In this document: one piece after another, positions 25,289 to 35,700 of the stretch
Position numbering within the stretch: position 1 is the stretch's first letter
How the letters are laid out: every line of letters starts with the position of its first letter
Assembly: GCA_017480115.1 (NCBI GenBank)
Contig: JAFVBH010000001.1
Location: 7,809 to 71,808, forward strand
Length of the DNA: 64,000 nt
Direction of reading: 5' to 3'
DNA from: Clostridia bacterium
Lineage (GTDB): Bacteria; Bacillota; Clostridia; Oscillospirales; Acutalibacteraceae
Notes under the pieces: generated by a model
Seen by the model: only the letters and a program-made list of their open reading frames with translations
What the model was told of the DNA's origin: nothing
Databases searched by the model: none
Translations under genes and position numbers: made by a program

Positions 25289-26230
25289 TCACCTGCGTTT
25301 CATCAGCTCTTTAAAATCCGCCGCGGAGAATATCCCGCAGACAATCACGATGGCGGCGCAGGCAACCGTCATGGGGGTCAGCACGGAAAGATCCCGCAGG
25401 ATCACCACCGTAAATACGATCGACCACGCGGCGTAGGTTACGTCCAGCGCCATTGCCTTGGACGCGCCGATTTTCGAGATCGCTTTATAATAGCAAAGAT
25501 ACGAAATCGTGGCAAACAACGCCGCCAGCGCGATCGTCGGGATCAGCCAGCCGGTACCGCTTGTAAACAGACGGGCGGTAAAGCCCCAGCCCTTTAAAAC
25601 AGGCAACAGGATTGCCCCGTAAACCAGCGCGGACGTGGATTGCCGGATCTGCAGCGCATATTCATTTTTGACCTCGGGGTCTTTCAGACACTTGGCGAGG
25701 ATTACCGCCTCGATGCCCCAACCAAAGGAACACATAACAACGCCCAATAGCCCCAGCCCGAAGTTTGTGATCGAAACCTCGGGCGAATAGCTCAACCCAT
25801 AAACGCCGCCCAACGTGATGAGCAAAAGAATCCACCGATACCATTGCATCTTCTCTTTTAAAAAAATACAGGCTAAAATCGCGCCAATGGCGGGAAATAC
25901 CGCGCTGGCGACCGCGCCGATGGACGGTCCCATATAATTGATGGACAAAACATAGCCGGTCATGCCGACCGGACCGCCGATAACACCCGCCAGCATCACG
26001 AATTTTCCGCTTTTGGTTTTCAGCGCCCTGCCCACATTTTTCAGATTCCCGCGCACACCGTTATAGATGCATGCCCAAATCGCCGAACAAAGATCATGCA
26101 AAAAGGTGCTGACAAACGGCGCGAGAAAAACCGCCTGTTCCGTCGAAACAAACGGCGCCATATTCAGCGCGATTCCTAAGATAACGGTCTCCAATGCCCA
26201 TGTGATACCGGCAAATATTCCGTATACCAT
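25289..26230 (-). CDS. multi-pass permease (DMT/sugar-transporter-like)
   Basis: GGGAGG sits 9 nt before ATG 26230. About 10 hydrophobic segments. Confidence 0.6.
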   Translation of the reverse strand: MVYGIFAGITWALETVILGIALNMAPFVSTEQAVFLAPFVSTFLHDLCSAIWACIYNGVRGNLKNVGRALKTKSGKFVMLAGVIGGPVGMTGYVLSINYMGPSIGAVASAVFPAIGAILACIFLKEKMQWYRWILLLITLGGVYGLSYSPEVSITNFGLGLLGVVMCSFGWGIEAVILAKCLKDPEVKNEYALQIRQSTSALVYGAILLPVLKGWGFTARLFTSGTGWLIPTIALAALFATISYLCYYKAISKIGASKAMALDVTYAAWSIVFTVVILRDLSVLTPMTVACAAIVIVCGIFSAADFKELMKRR

Positions 26231-26337
26231 ATGGTTTTCGCCTCCCATACTGCCCATTTTCATTGTGTTTTTATGATAACAAACCGCCGCCGTTCTGTCA
26301 ATCAAAACCTGTAGGACTTCCCAACAACGCGCAGCAG

Positions 26338-26440
26338 CCCCGCAAGAAAGCGGCTTCGCCGCACGCCTTGGGCGGCGAAGCTACAAGCTTTCGATTACGC
26401 CATCGCCACTGCCCAGCAGGGCAGGTTCGGCGGGCGTTAA
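26338..26440 (-). repeat. interspersed roughly 100-bp repeat, family 1 (inverted relative to 50083-50184)
   Basis: The reverse complement aligns with 50083-50184 with about 10 mismatches and 1 gap in 103 nt. Contains the hairpin GCTTCGCCGC-N9-GCGGCGAAGC. Confidence 0.85.
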
Positions 26441-26484
26441 AATCTTTTTTATTTCATAGGAAATGAAGAAGTTTCCTATATAAT

Positions 26485-26517
26485 AAAAACAGGCAAGGGC
26501 TTTCCCTGCCTGTTTTT
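26485..26517. terminator. bidirectional hairpin terminator between the DUF2804-like gene and the permease gene
   Basis: AAAAACAGGCAAGGG-cttt-CCCTGCCTGTTTTT. Confidence 0.7.
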
Positions 26518-26566
26518 ATATACACCAAAACCGGCTTGCCCGCGGCTGCCGGTAATTTGCAGTAAT

Positions 26567-27628
26567 TTAAAATACCAGCGATTTATCCTCGCCGACGCCG
26601 TTCATCCCGTCCAGAATGTACTTGTTGCCCCGGGGATCACAAACATAGCCGCTCAGTTTACCGAATGTGATATGATAATCGATCCGGACAACGCCCACAT
26701 TCAGTTTCATCAGAAACTCGTCGCCGATGTCGAAGGTCAGATCCACCATGCCGTGGTCGTCGGTGACGTGCCAAAGTTTATCGGTCTCATGTTGGAATAC
26801 GACGGGCGTCAGCAGCGTGGAATCCCCCTCAAACCAGATCAGATTTTCGTTATAATCGTCCTGATTGATGCTTTGATTGCGGGTCAGGTTAAAGCCGAAA
26901 TACTGCTCTTTACCGTCGATCTCCTTTTTACCCATGGTGGTGACCCAGTCATAATGGGCTTTGCGGGGATAGTATCCTCTGTGGTCGTCGATGATCGCCG
27001 TGGTGGCGCTGTCCGCGTGGAAACGCTCGCCATTGACCTCCACATAGCCTTCGACGGCAAAAAGATCCTTCTGGCTGTACAACGGCCGGTTTTTACCGAA
27101 CGGAATATTCACAATGCTGGGCTTGGAGACGCGTTTGAGCCGGACGCGGTATTCAATATCGCCCGCCTTTTTATCGGACGCGCAGCCGGAGACAATCGCT
27201 TCCCCGTCCTGAAAATTGTTGATATATCTGACATGCACCTTTTTCCCATCGGAATACGTCTCCGCGCCGTTAATCAGATTTTCGGAGATCACTGCTTTTG
27301 AGGCGGGGAACAGCATCTCCTGCCAGGACAGGCATTTTTTTGTGCGGGTATCATACAGCACCGTCAGCGCCGTGCCGAACAGCGCCATGTCGCAGACCGC
27401 CGTCAGCAGCACGAACTCGCCGAAATTGACCTCGGTCGCCTCCCACAGCGTCAGCTTTGCCTTGTTAAAAAGATTCGGCAGAGCGGAGGGACGGTTGACC
27501 TTTAAAAAATCCATTCGCTTAAATTCTTCGGTAAACGTCCCGAAGTAACAATTCCCGTTTTCGTCCGCAACGTTTTCGGGGGTGGGGACGGCTATACGCT
27601 TTTCAGATAAGAACTTGTTGAAATCCAT
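26567..27628 (-). CDS. DUF2804-like protein
   Basis: AGGGAG precedes ATG 27628. The IIDDHRGYYPRKAHYDWVTTMG and LTRNQSINQDDYNENLIWFEG patterns are recalled from that family. Confidence 0.6.
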   Translation of the reverse strand: MDFNKFLSEKRIAVPTPENVADENGNCYFGTFTEEFKRMDFLKVNRPSALPNLFNKAKLTLWEATEVNFGEFVLLTAVCDMALFGTALTVLYDTRTKKCLSWQEMLFPASKAVISENLINGAETYSDGKKVHVRYINNFQDGEAIVSGCASDKKAGDIEYRVRLKRVSKPSIVNIPFGKNRPLYSQKDLFAVEGYVEVNGERFHADSATTAIIDDHRGYYPRKAHYDWVTTMGKKEIDGKEQYFGFNLTRNQSINQDDYNENLIWFEGDSTLLTPVVFQHETDKLWHVTDDHGMVDLTFDIGDEFLMKLNVGVVRIDYHITFGKLSGYVCDPRGNKYILDGMNGVGEDKSLVF

Positions 27629-27825
27629 AATTTTCGGCTCCCTTTCATGACTTTTATACAATATTAAGTATAACAGATAAAAATAATTTGTCAATCTTTA
27701 CTTATTTATCCTGCATAACGGGTTGCGCAACGGAACGGGAAATTTTGCAAACGGGACTGGACATTTTTATTCTGTCTGTTATAATAAATATATACAAAAA
27801 ATGTTCCGTCTCAGGAGGTATTTGT

Positions 27826-29229
27826 ATGCATTCCACCGTAAAGAAAACACTGTCGCTCTTTTTGGCGGTGCTGATGCTTTGCGCGTCCCTTCCCCTCGCC
27901 GCCTTTGCCGCTGAAAACTACACGCCCGTCGGAGACCGCGACTGGCTGCGCACCGAGGGGGAGCGGATCGTCAACGCCGACGGCGAGACCGTTGTTCTGC
28001 GCGGCGCCAATTTCGGCGGCTGGGGCATCATGGAGGACTGGTTCTGTCCGTTTAACGCGCCCTCGGGCGAGGAGATCGTTTACCAAACGCTGGTCTCCCG
28101 TTTCGGCCAAGAAGCGGCGCACGCGCTGTTCCAAAATTACCGCAGCAACTGGATCACCGAACAGGATTACAAAAACGTCGCGGAGCTGGGCATGAACGTG
28201 ATTCGTCTGCCCATCTGGTACCGCAATTTTCAAAGCGACGACAACGGCACCTGGTATCGGGATGCGGCGGGCAACATCGATTTCAGCGAGCTGGACCAAG
28301 TCGTCTCCCTTTGCAAAAAATACGGGCTGTACCTGATCATCGATCTGCACGGTCTGCCGGGGTATCAAAACGATTACGACCACTGCGGGCAATCCAAGTC
28401 CATGTCCCTGTTTGACGATACGGACGCGGGCAAACGCTATCGCGAGGTTGTTACCGACTTTTGGGTGACCGTCGCCGCGCGCTATGCCGATGAGCCGACG
28501 ATCGCAATGTACGATCTGATGAACGAACCGCTCGGCACAAATATCACCCGCGAAAAGGGACTGCAGCAGGCATTTTGGGATTTTTCCGACGCTCTTTACA
28601 AGGCGATCCGCGCCGTGGACAACCGGCACATCATCACCATGGAAGCAATCTGGGATCCCTCCGCGATCCCGTCACCCGACGTCTACGGCTGGGAAAATAT
28701 CGTTTATCAGGAGCATCTGTACGACGTTTCCAATCCCGCGATGCTGCACAAGGCAAACGAGATCCGCAAGGCAGACTATGGCAGCCCGTTTTATATCGGC
28801 GAGTTTTATCCCCGGGGAATTGCGTCCTTTGACTATATGCTTTCTCTGTACAACAAACGGGAGCTGAACTGGACCACATGGACCTACAAGGGCACCGGCG
28901 GCAACGCCGACACCTCCCCGTGGTTTTTATACGGCTCTTCAAGCATCGAAAAGATAGACTATGAAAACGACAGCTATGAGACCATTGCCCAAAAGTGGGG
29001 CGCGTGCCTGCGCACGGACAGCGGCGCGTTTGCCCGCACCGCCTTCGCCGATTATGTGCAGTATTATACTGACGGCACAGTGGACAAGGTGGCGCTGTAC
29101 ACACTCGGCGCTTTCAACAGCGTCGGCAGCTTTCAGCAGCGCTGGTCGCTGTTTAAAGATAAAATCAAAGCGATCTATACCACGATCCTCGACTGGATCC
29201 GCAAACTGAAAACCGGCGATCTGTTGTGA
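27826..29229 (+). CDS. secreted glycoside hydrolase family 5 (beta-glucanase/cellulase-like)
   Basis: Signal peptide MHSTVKKTLSLFLAVLMLCASLPLAAFA. LRGANFGGW, NVIRLPIWY, IIDLHGLPG, MYDLMNEPLG. Confidence 0.85.
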   Translation: MHSTVKKTLSLFLAVLMLCASLPLAAFAAENYTPVGDRDWLRTEGERIVNADGETVVLRGANFGGWGIMEDWFCPFNAPSGEEIVYQTLVSRFGQEAAHALFQNYRSNWITEQDYKNVAELGMNVIRLPIWYRNFQSDDNGTWYRDAAGNIDFSELDQVVSLCKKYGLYLIIDLHGLPGYQNDYDHCGQSKSMSLFDDTDAGKRYREVVTDFWVTVAARYADEPTIAMYDLMNEPLGTNITREKGLQQAFWDFSDALYKAIRAVDNRHIITMEAIWDPSAIPSPDVYGWENIVYQEHLYDVSNPAMLHKANEIRKADYGSPFYIGEFYPRGIASFDYMLSLYNKRELNWTTWTYKGTGGNADTSPWFLYGSSSIEKIDYENDSYETIAQKWGACLRTDSGAFARTAFADYVQYYTDGTVDKVALYTLGAFNSVGSFQQRWSLFKDKIKAIYTTILDWIRKLKTGDLL

Positions 29230-29261
29230 TCGCGTCTTAAAAAATAAGGAGCGTTTAATTT

Positions 29262-30242
29262 ATGGAAAAGATTCAAACCATTCCCGTAAGTGAAAATAAC
29301 TACGCGGAGACGATGAAAACCAAGGTAGAGCCGTATCTCGCGTCGCTGCGGACGGACGGCTTTTACCCCGGATTTGACGGCAACAAGAACCATTATGAAA
29401 TGTATCTGCTTGACGGCGCGAAAGCGAACGTGGTAATCTCTCACGGTTTTACCGAAAGCGCTGAGAAGTTCCGCGAGATGGTCTACAACTTCCTAATGAT
29501 GGAGTATAACGTGTTTATCGTCGATCACCGCGGGCATGGGCAGTCCTACCGCCGCAACCCCGACGATCCCCAGACGGTCTCGGTGCGGCTGTTTGAGGAC
29601 TACGTGCAGGATCTGAACTGCTTTATTGAAAGCATTGTAAGACCGCACGCAAACGGCCTGCCCCTGTATCTGTACGCCCATTCCATGGGCGGCGCGATCG
29701 CGATCCAGTATCTGCAAACATATCCCGACGTGTTTGACAAGGCGGTGCTGTCCGCGCCCATGGTGCAGGCGCAGATGCCCATGTCCCCCGCGCTTGCCCT
29801 TGCGGTCATGCGGTTCTTTGTGGGCATCGGGCAGGGCGATAAGCGGGTATTCGTCCACAACGGCTTTGAACCCGACAAAACCTACGAGGACAGCCATGAC
29901 ACCAGCAAGGCGCGTTTTGACTACTATCACGCCAAACGCAAGGAAAATCCCCTGCTGCAGACCGCGTCCGCCTCGTACCGTTGGGTCAGAGAAGCGACCA
30001 AGGTCGCCAAAAAGAATCTTGATCCCGCACGATGCAAAAATATCACCATTCCCGTACTGCTCTGCCAGCCCGCGGAGGATACCAGTGTGATCAGCGAAAA
30101 GGAAAACGAATTTATCGCCCTGATCCCCAACGGAAAACTGCAGCAGTTCCCCAACAGCAAGCACGAGATCTACGCCTCCGTGGACGACACCGTGCTGATA
30201 TATTTGCAAGCCATCGAAGCGTTTTTGAACGACGAAGCCTGA
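29262..30242 (+). CDS. alpha/beta hydrolase (lysophospholipase/monoglyceride-lipase-like)
   Basis: VVISHGFTESAEKF...VDHRGHGQS...YLYAHSMGGAIA. Confidence 0.85.
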   Translation: MEKIQTIPVSENNYAETMKTKVEPYLASLRTDGFYPGFDGNKNHYEMYLLDGAKANVVISHGFTESAEKFREMVYNFLMMEYNVFIVDHRGHGQSYRRNPDDPQTVSVRLFEDYVQDLNCFIESIVRPHANGLPLYLYAHSMGGAIAIQYLQTYPDVFDKAVLSAPMVQAQMPMSPALALAVMRFFVGIGQGDKRVFVHNGFEPDKTYEDSHDTSKARFDYYHAKRKENPLLQTASASYRWVREATKVAKKNLDPARCKNITIPVLLCQPAEDTSVISEKENEFIALIPNGKLQQFPNSKHEIYASVDDTVLIYLQAIEAFLNDEA

Positions 30243-30288
30243 ACGACGGCGGTATCATCTAAGAGATATTTAAAGTTAAAACGCTGAA

Positions 30289-30333
30289 ATATGACGCAAA
30301 AAGACGCTCTCGAGGCGTCTTTTTTACGTCATA
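30289..30333. terminator. bidirectional terminator between convergent genes
   Basis: ATATGACGCAAAAAGACGC-tctcgag-GCGTCTTTTTTACGTCATAT. Confidence 0.7.
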
Positions 30334-30337
30334 TCGA

Positions 30338-31222
30338 TCATGTCCGCTGCCGCGCACAATGCGCTTTTAAAAAATAAAAGAAATCTGTCACGTTCTGATT
30401 GCGCGTGATCGCGTCGTTCAGCGTAATCACAATATCGCGGCTGCATTTCGGGTCGGAGATCTCCAGCAGCCGTACCTTGTCGCTTTCCAGCTTACCCCAT
30501 GTAAATTCCGGCCAGAAGCCGACGCCGAAATTCGCGGCGATCATATTTTTTACCGCCGCCGGGGAATCGCTTTCAAAAATAATATGGGGCTGTATGCCCG
30601 CATGACGGCAGAATTTATCGCAAATATACCGAAACTGCTTGGATCCCATCAGACTGATAAACCCCTCCTGTGCCACCTCCTGCAACGAAACAGATGACCG
30701 ATCACGGTATTTCCCGCTGCTGGGCACGGCAAGGAAAATTTTTTCCGGGCAGACGAATTGATTTTTTTCGTCCTCCGGTTCTAATTGATAAAACATTTTT
30801 GTGGTGATCTCAATGTCCGAGGTATCGTTTTCCTCGTTCTGCACTAATTTAAAATTGATGTCGCTGTGCGTGGTTTCATATTCCATGATCGCCTCCGTGA
30901 TCATATTGGACGCAGCAAGCACATTCAGATGGATCGTCGAATAATTCTCATTCGCCATTTTCTGCAAGATTTCCGGCAACGTATCCAGCTTATCCATAAT
31001 CGGCGTCAGCTGCCGCTGTAAATATCTGCCGTACTCAGTCAGCTGGATATTTCTGCCTTTGGCTGCAAACAGCGGCACACCCAGCTCTTTTTCCAGCCGG
31101 TGAATCGACTGAGACAACGCAGGCTGGGCGATATGCAGCTTTTCCGCGCTGCGGGTCATATGCTCGCTTTGTGCAACCTCTAAAAAATACCGGATCTGCA
31201 TAAGTTCCATTTCAATCACCAT
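30338..31222 (-). CDS. LysR-family transcriptional regulator
   Basis: MELMQIRYFLEVAQSEHMTRSAEKLHIAQPALSQSIHRLEKELGVPLF. Confidence 0.9.
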   Translation of the reverse strand: MVIEMELMQIRYFLEVAQSEHMTRSAEKLHIAQPALSQSIHRLEKELGVPLFAAKGRNIQLTEYGRYLQRQLTPIMDKLDTLPEILQKMANENYSTIHLNVLAASNMITEAIMEYETTHSDINFKLVQNEENDTSDIEITTKMFYQLEPEDEKNQFVCPEKIFLAVPSSGKYRDRSSVSLQEVAQEGFISLMGSKQFRYICDKFCRHAGIQPHIIFESDSPAAVKNMIAANFGVGFWPEFTWGKLESDKVRLLEISDPKCSRDIVITLNDAITRNQNVTDFFYFLKAHCARQRT

Positions 31223-31326
31223 TCATAACTTCAATATTATGGATTCATAATCTATTATATATTGGACTTAATCGTTTGTCAATGCTATACTTACCCATGC
31301 AAATCAAAACAAAAGAGGTAATTGCA

Positions 31327-32205
31327 ATGACAGAAGTTTTAGAAGCAACCATGCTTGTGTGCTTCGGATTTTCATGGCCGATGAATCTGATCAAGAATAT
31401 CCGAGCCAAGACCGCGTCCTCCATGAGTCTGAAGTTTATTATCCTGATTATCACCGGTTATGTAGCGGGCATCGTGGCAAAGCTGATCACCCACAGATTT
31501 AATTACGTACTGCTGATCTACCTATTGAATCTGGTGGTCGTATCCGCAAATCTGATCGTCTACTTTAAGAATAAAAAAATTGACAAGGTACATCAGGCGC
31601 AAGCCGCAACCATAGCGGAGGCAAAGACTATGACTGCTTTAAAAATAAACGCAATGACTGATATTGAGGTGAAATATAACAGCATGAACAGAATAGCAGA
31701 AAAAGGCGGCGTGGTTTTCTTCGGTTCCGATTATTTTGATTCCGTCCCCTTCTGTGAGCTGGCGGAATCCTTCCACATGGAGGAAAATATCCACAACAGA
31801 AGCGTTCCCCACAAGAATATTGATGAAGCCTGCGCCATGGTAGATACCTGCATTACAGACCTTGCGCCGCAAAAGGTATTCGTCAATCTCGGTGATGCGG
31901 ATTTAAAAAACGGCAATGTGGACATCGACGAATTTATTTCAAAATACGAATGGTTGCTGTACACCATCAACAACCGCACCAGCGCGAATATGTACATTGT
32001 ATCCGTGCTTTCCGATCTGCCGGCGGCAAGATCGATCAACCGCAAGCTAAAGCAGTTGGCGGTTGATCACGGCTGCAAGTTCATCGATATTACCGGCACC
32101 ATGGGCACGGAGAACCAGTATTTGCAGGCATTTGACCGTATGAAGACATTTATTCGGACGCGCGCACTTTCCTTCTATGACGCAATAAATCCGGTTACAG
32201 TCTGA
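31327..32205 (+). CDS. 3-TM PQ-loop-like module fused to an SGNH/GDSL-like domain
   Basis: AAGAGGT sits 7 nt before ATG 31327. FGFSWPMNLIKNIRAKTASSMSL plus three TM segments, then VVFFGSDYF...FVNLGDADL. Confidence 0.55.
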   Translation: MTEVLEATMLVCFGFSWPMNLIKNIRAKTASSMSLKFIILIITGYVAGIVAKLITHRFNYVLLIYLLNLVVVSANLIVYFKNKKIDKVHQAQAATIAEAKTMTALKINAMTDIEVKYNSMNRIAEKGGVVFFGSDYFDSVPFCELAESFHMEENIHNRSVPHKNIDEACAMVDTCITDLAPQKVFVNLGDADLKNGNVDIDEFISKYEWLLYTINNRTSANMYIVSVLSDLPAARSINRKLKQLAVDHGCKFIDITGTMGTENQYLQAFDRMKTFIRTRALSFYDAINPVTV

Positions 32206-32465
32206 CTTATATCCATATTACCGGCGGCAGCGGTCAGTTTATTTGTCCGCTGCCGCGCAGTCTGTCCATAAATGCGTACGCCTGTTTGCAATCAACATTT
32301 GACAGGCAAATGACTACCACAAAAGAAATTTTTAAACGAATTTCAAATCAGCCGTGTTTTTGCCCGCTCGCAGTACCATCGTACAGTTTCGGAGCGAAAA
32401 CACGGCTGCTTTCTGTCTTTTTCGTCAGTCAGCGTTCTGCAACGAAAAAAATTTCAATTTAATTA

Positions 32466-32494
32466 TTGACAACTGTCTTTTCAGGTGCTATAAT
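32466..32494 (+). promoter_or_regulatory. consensus sigma-A-type promoter upstream of the surface-protein locus
   Basis: TTGACA (32466-32471), 17-nt spacer, TATAAT (32489-32494). Confidence 0.65.
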
Positions 32495-32568
32495 GTAACA
32501 AATTAATTCATACTTACCTCATAGGTTTTATGGGTTTATAAAATTACTCATATTGCTGAGCCGATAAG

Positions 32569-32607
32569 CGGCAGGCGCGATTATATTCGCCTGTCGTTTA
32601 TTTTTTT
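32569..32607 (+). terminator. intrinsic terminator inside the leader
   Basis: CGGCAGGCG-N10-CGCCTGTCG (one G-U pair) followed by TTTATTTTTTT. Confidence 0.6.
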
Positions 32608-32669
32608 AATGACCGTACGCTGTAAACCGCGTCGGCAGCGGCAAATCAATCAAAAGGAGGCAACGAACC

Positions 32670-32735
32670 ATGTCAAGAAACAAAACCGAAGCAGCGAAGG
32701 TATTCCGAATGCGATGTTGCCCGACATGTATATAA
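32670..32735 (+). CDS. candidate 21-aa Cys-rich micro-ORF
   Basis: AAAGGAGG (32653-32660) sits 9 nt before the ATG. Encodes MSRNKTEAAKVFRMRCCPTCI. Below the ORF-track length cut-off. Confidence 0.35.
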   Translation: MSRNKTEAAKVFRMRCCPTCI

Positions 32736-32770
32736 CACACCTTTAAAAAAAACTGAAAGGAATATGCAGA

Positions 32771-35700
32771 ATGAGCAAACCCATTAAACGCGTGCTTGCG
32801 ATTTTTTTGGCGATCACGCTGGCATTCGGCGCATCGGTACCGATTCTTGCCGCCGATCAAACGTCCACGGTCACAGAGCTGACGCTCACACAAACCGCGA
32901 ATAATTCTGACGGAAACAAAGTCACGGCAAGCGTGCGCGTGACCGACCGCAACGGCAATCCCGTTGTTGAGGACGCCACGGGAAACAACGTCATCTTAAA
33001 TTTTACCGAAACCGGCAAAAAACTGACCAGCAGTAAAGGCCGTCTGAACGGGGACGGTGAGTATGCCGCCACAAAGACCATCAGCGGCGGTAAAACCTAC
33101 GACGTTTACGCGGAGTATACGGGACCGGGCGATTACGCGCCGTCCGAAAGCGAACATATTACGATCACAGCGATCAAGCCCGTGCTGAGCCTGTCTTCTA
33201 CGCCGTCCCTGACGGACAAAGAGACCGGCACGATCACCATCGGCGGGGATTACGGCGCGCTGTCGCAGTTCGTCTATTACAAAAATCCCAGCGGCAATGA
33301 GATTACCGTTTCCGCCAACAAAATCACCGGACTCGCCGCAGGAAATTACTATGTCAGAAGCCTGCCGTATCAGGACGGCAACACCTTCTATCTCGCCTCG
33401 GCGAACAGACCGATCACCGTGGAAGAGATCGACGGCGTCGCGCACACCCTGACCCTTGCGGGCGCGAACGTAACGTGGCTGGACGCGGCGTCAGATCCGC
33501 TGGACGAAAACGCCCTTATCATCAGCGAACAGACCGCGCTGCGGCTGATTCCCGAAGCGGACATCGGCTTCCGTATCACCGGCGTGACTGCGGAACCGGC
33601 GGAGGCGGCGACCGTAACCTTTGATACGCAGACCGGCGTCGTCACCGTTGCCGACGCGACCGGCGATCTGACCCTGACCGCCGTCACCGAGGATATTCGC
33701 AAGGATACCGCCGTCACGCTGGCGGTCAGCCAAAGCGCGACCAACGGCAGCGTGCTGGTCGCAAATATCACCGTTGTTGACGCGGACGGCGCGCCGGTCA
33801 GCGAAACGCCTGATAATGACAATATCAAATTATATGTAGGCGGCGCGCTCTCCCACACCGGCAAGCTGGATGCAAACGGCAACCGCGCCTACACCAAATC
33901 ACTCAGCGCAGACCGCAGCTACGACGTCTATGCCGTCTATGTCGGCCAGGGCGAATACAGAAGCGCCGAGAGCAACCATATTACGATCACCACAAAATCC
34001 ACCGCGATCACCGCTGCGGCGACGCCCGCCACGACGAAAAACGACGTCGGCACGATCACCGTTTTCGGCGATTACGCTTACTATGAATACTACAAATCGC
34101 CCAACGGCAACGAGATCCGCGTTACCGACAACGTCATTACGGGGCTTTCCGCAGGCGAGTATTATATCAAGGTTCCCGCCTATCAGGACGGCAACACCTT
34201 CTATTTTGAATCCAGCAAAGCGCGCGTCACGGTAGACGAGATCGAGGAGATCACCCGCCGCGTCTCCCTTGCGGGAGAGAATGCGGTCTGGTCGCCCGAT
34301 ACCGCCGTCGTTGAACTGGCTGACGGCGAGGACGCAACGTTCACCGTCGCCGCAGCGGAGCATTACAGCATTACCGGCGTTACCGCTGAACCCGCGCAGA
34401 ACGCGACAGTGGCTTTTGACGACGCCACCGGCACGGTATCCGTCACCGGCATCAAGGGCGACGTGACCCTGACCGCGCATACGCAGCTGATCCAAAAAGA
34501 GGTAAGCGTTGCGCTTCTTTCCGTAACGCAGAGCGGCGACGACGGCAGAACGCTGATCGCCGAGATCAAGGTCGTTGATGAGGACGGCAACGCGGTCAAC
34601 GAGACCACGGACGCAAACAACGTGATCCTGCATGTCGGCGCGTACACCGTCTCCGACAAACTGAACGACGCGGGCATCGCCACCTTAAAGCGGCAGCTCG
34701 GGACAACCGCAGGCAGCTACGACGTTTATGCCGAATATGTCGGCGCCGGCGTATACAAAAGCGCGTACAGCGCCCACACTACGATCAATACCGTAACGAC
34801 GGCGCTGCCGAAGAACGCGGTCACGACCGCAGCTTCGTTTATCAAGAGAGCGACCGGCAGCATCACCGTTCCCGGCGATTACACCTATTTTGAATACTAC
34901 AGAGATCCCAACGGCACGCCTGTCCGCGTGGCAGGCGCGACCGCGGAAAATCTCGAGGGCGCAAGCTACTATGTGTATATTCCCGCCTACAGCGAGGAGA
35001 ATACCTTCTACTTCCAGTCCAACAAGGTTCTTGTGACCGTGGACGCCGTTCCCGAGTTCTATTACACCGTGACCGGTACCGGCGCGCATGCAATTTGGTC
35101 GGCGGAACAGACCGTCATCGCCGAGGACGGCGGCGCAACCGTCACCGTGACCGCAGAGGCGGGCTATATCATCTCCGGCGTGACGGCGGAGCCTGCGAAT
35201 AACGCAAAGGTCTCCTTCAACCCCGCGACCGGCGTTGTCACCATCGACGATATTCGGGGCGATATTACCCTGACGACGGCGTTCCGGTATCAGAGCGACG
35301 AAAATGACGCGTATACCGTCACCCTTACCGACGACGCCCGCGTCGTATGGAACGCGGCAGGCGGCAGCATCAAGGTCAAATACGGCGTTGACGGCTCGGT
35401 CTATCTCCAGTCTGCCGATGCGGCCAGATACTTTATCGATACCGTCACCGCGTCCCCCGCGGGCAGAGCGAGTGTGACCTATTCCTCCACCGGCGAGGTG
35501 CATATCACCGATATTATTTCCGACATTACGCTGACCGCAGAAATCACGGAAAAGCAGATCGCGCAGACGCTGGTTGTCGCCTACGATTTTGAGCGCGGCA
35601 GCAATTACAGCGAGTCTAATCCCGCGGTTAACGCCATCTTCAGCGTCACCGCGCTGGATGAAAACGGCGCGACCGTTCCCGGCACGAAGATCTACTTCAA

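Noticed and set aside
32351-32409. Inverted repeat CAGCCGTGTTTT ... AAAACACGGCTG as an invertible promoter upstream of the surface protein
   Set aside because: It encloses only about 35 nt with no promoter hexamers, and the consensus promoter lies outside it at 32466-32494. It more probably acts as a terminator-like stem after the upstream gene.
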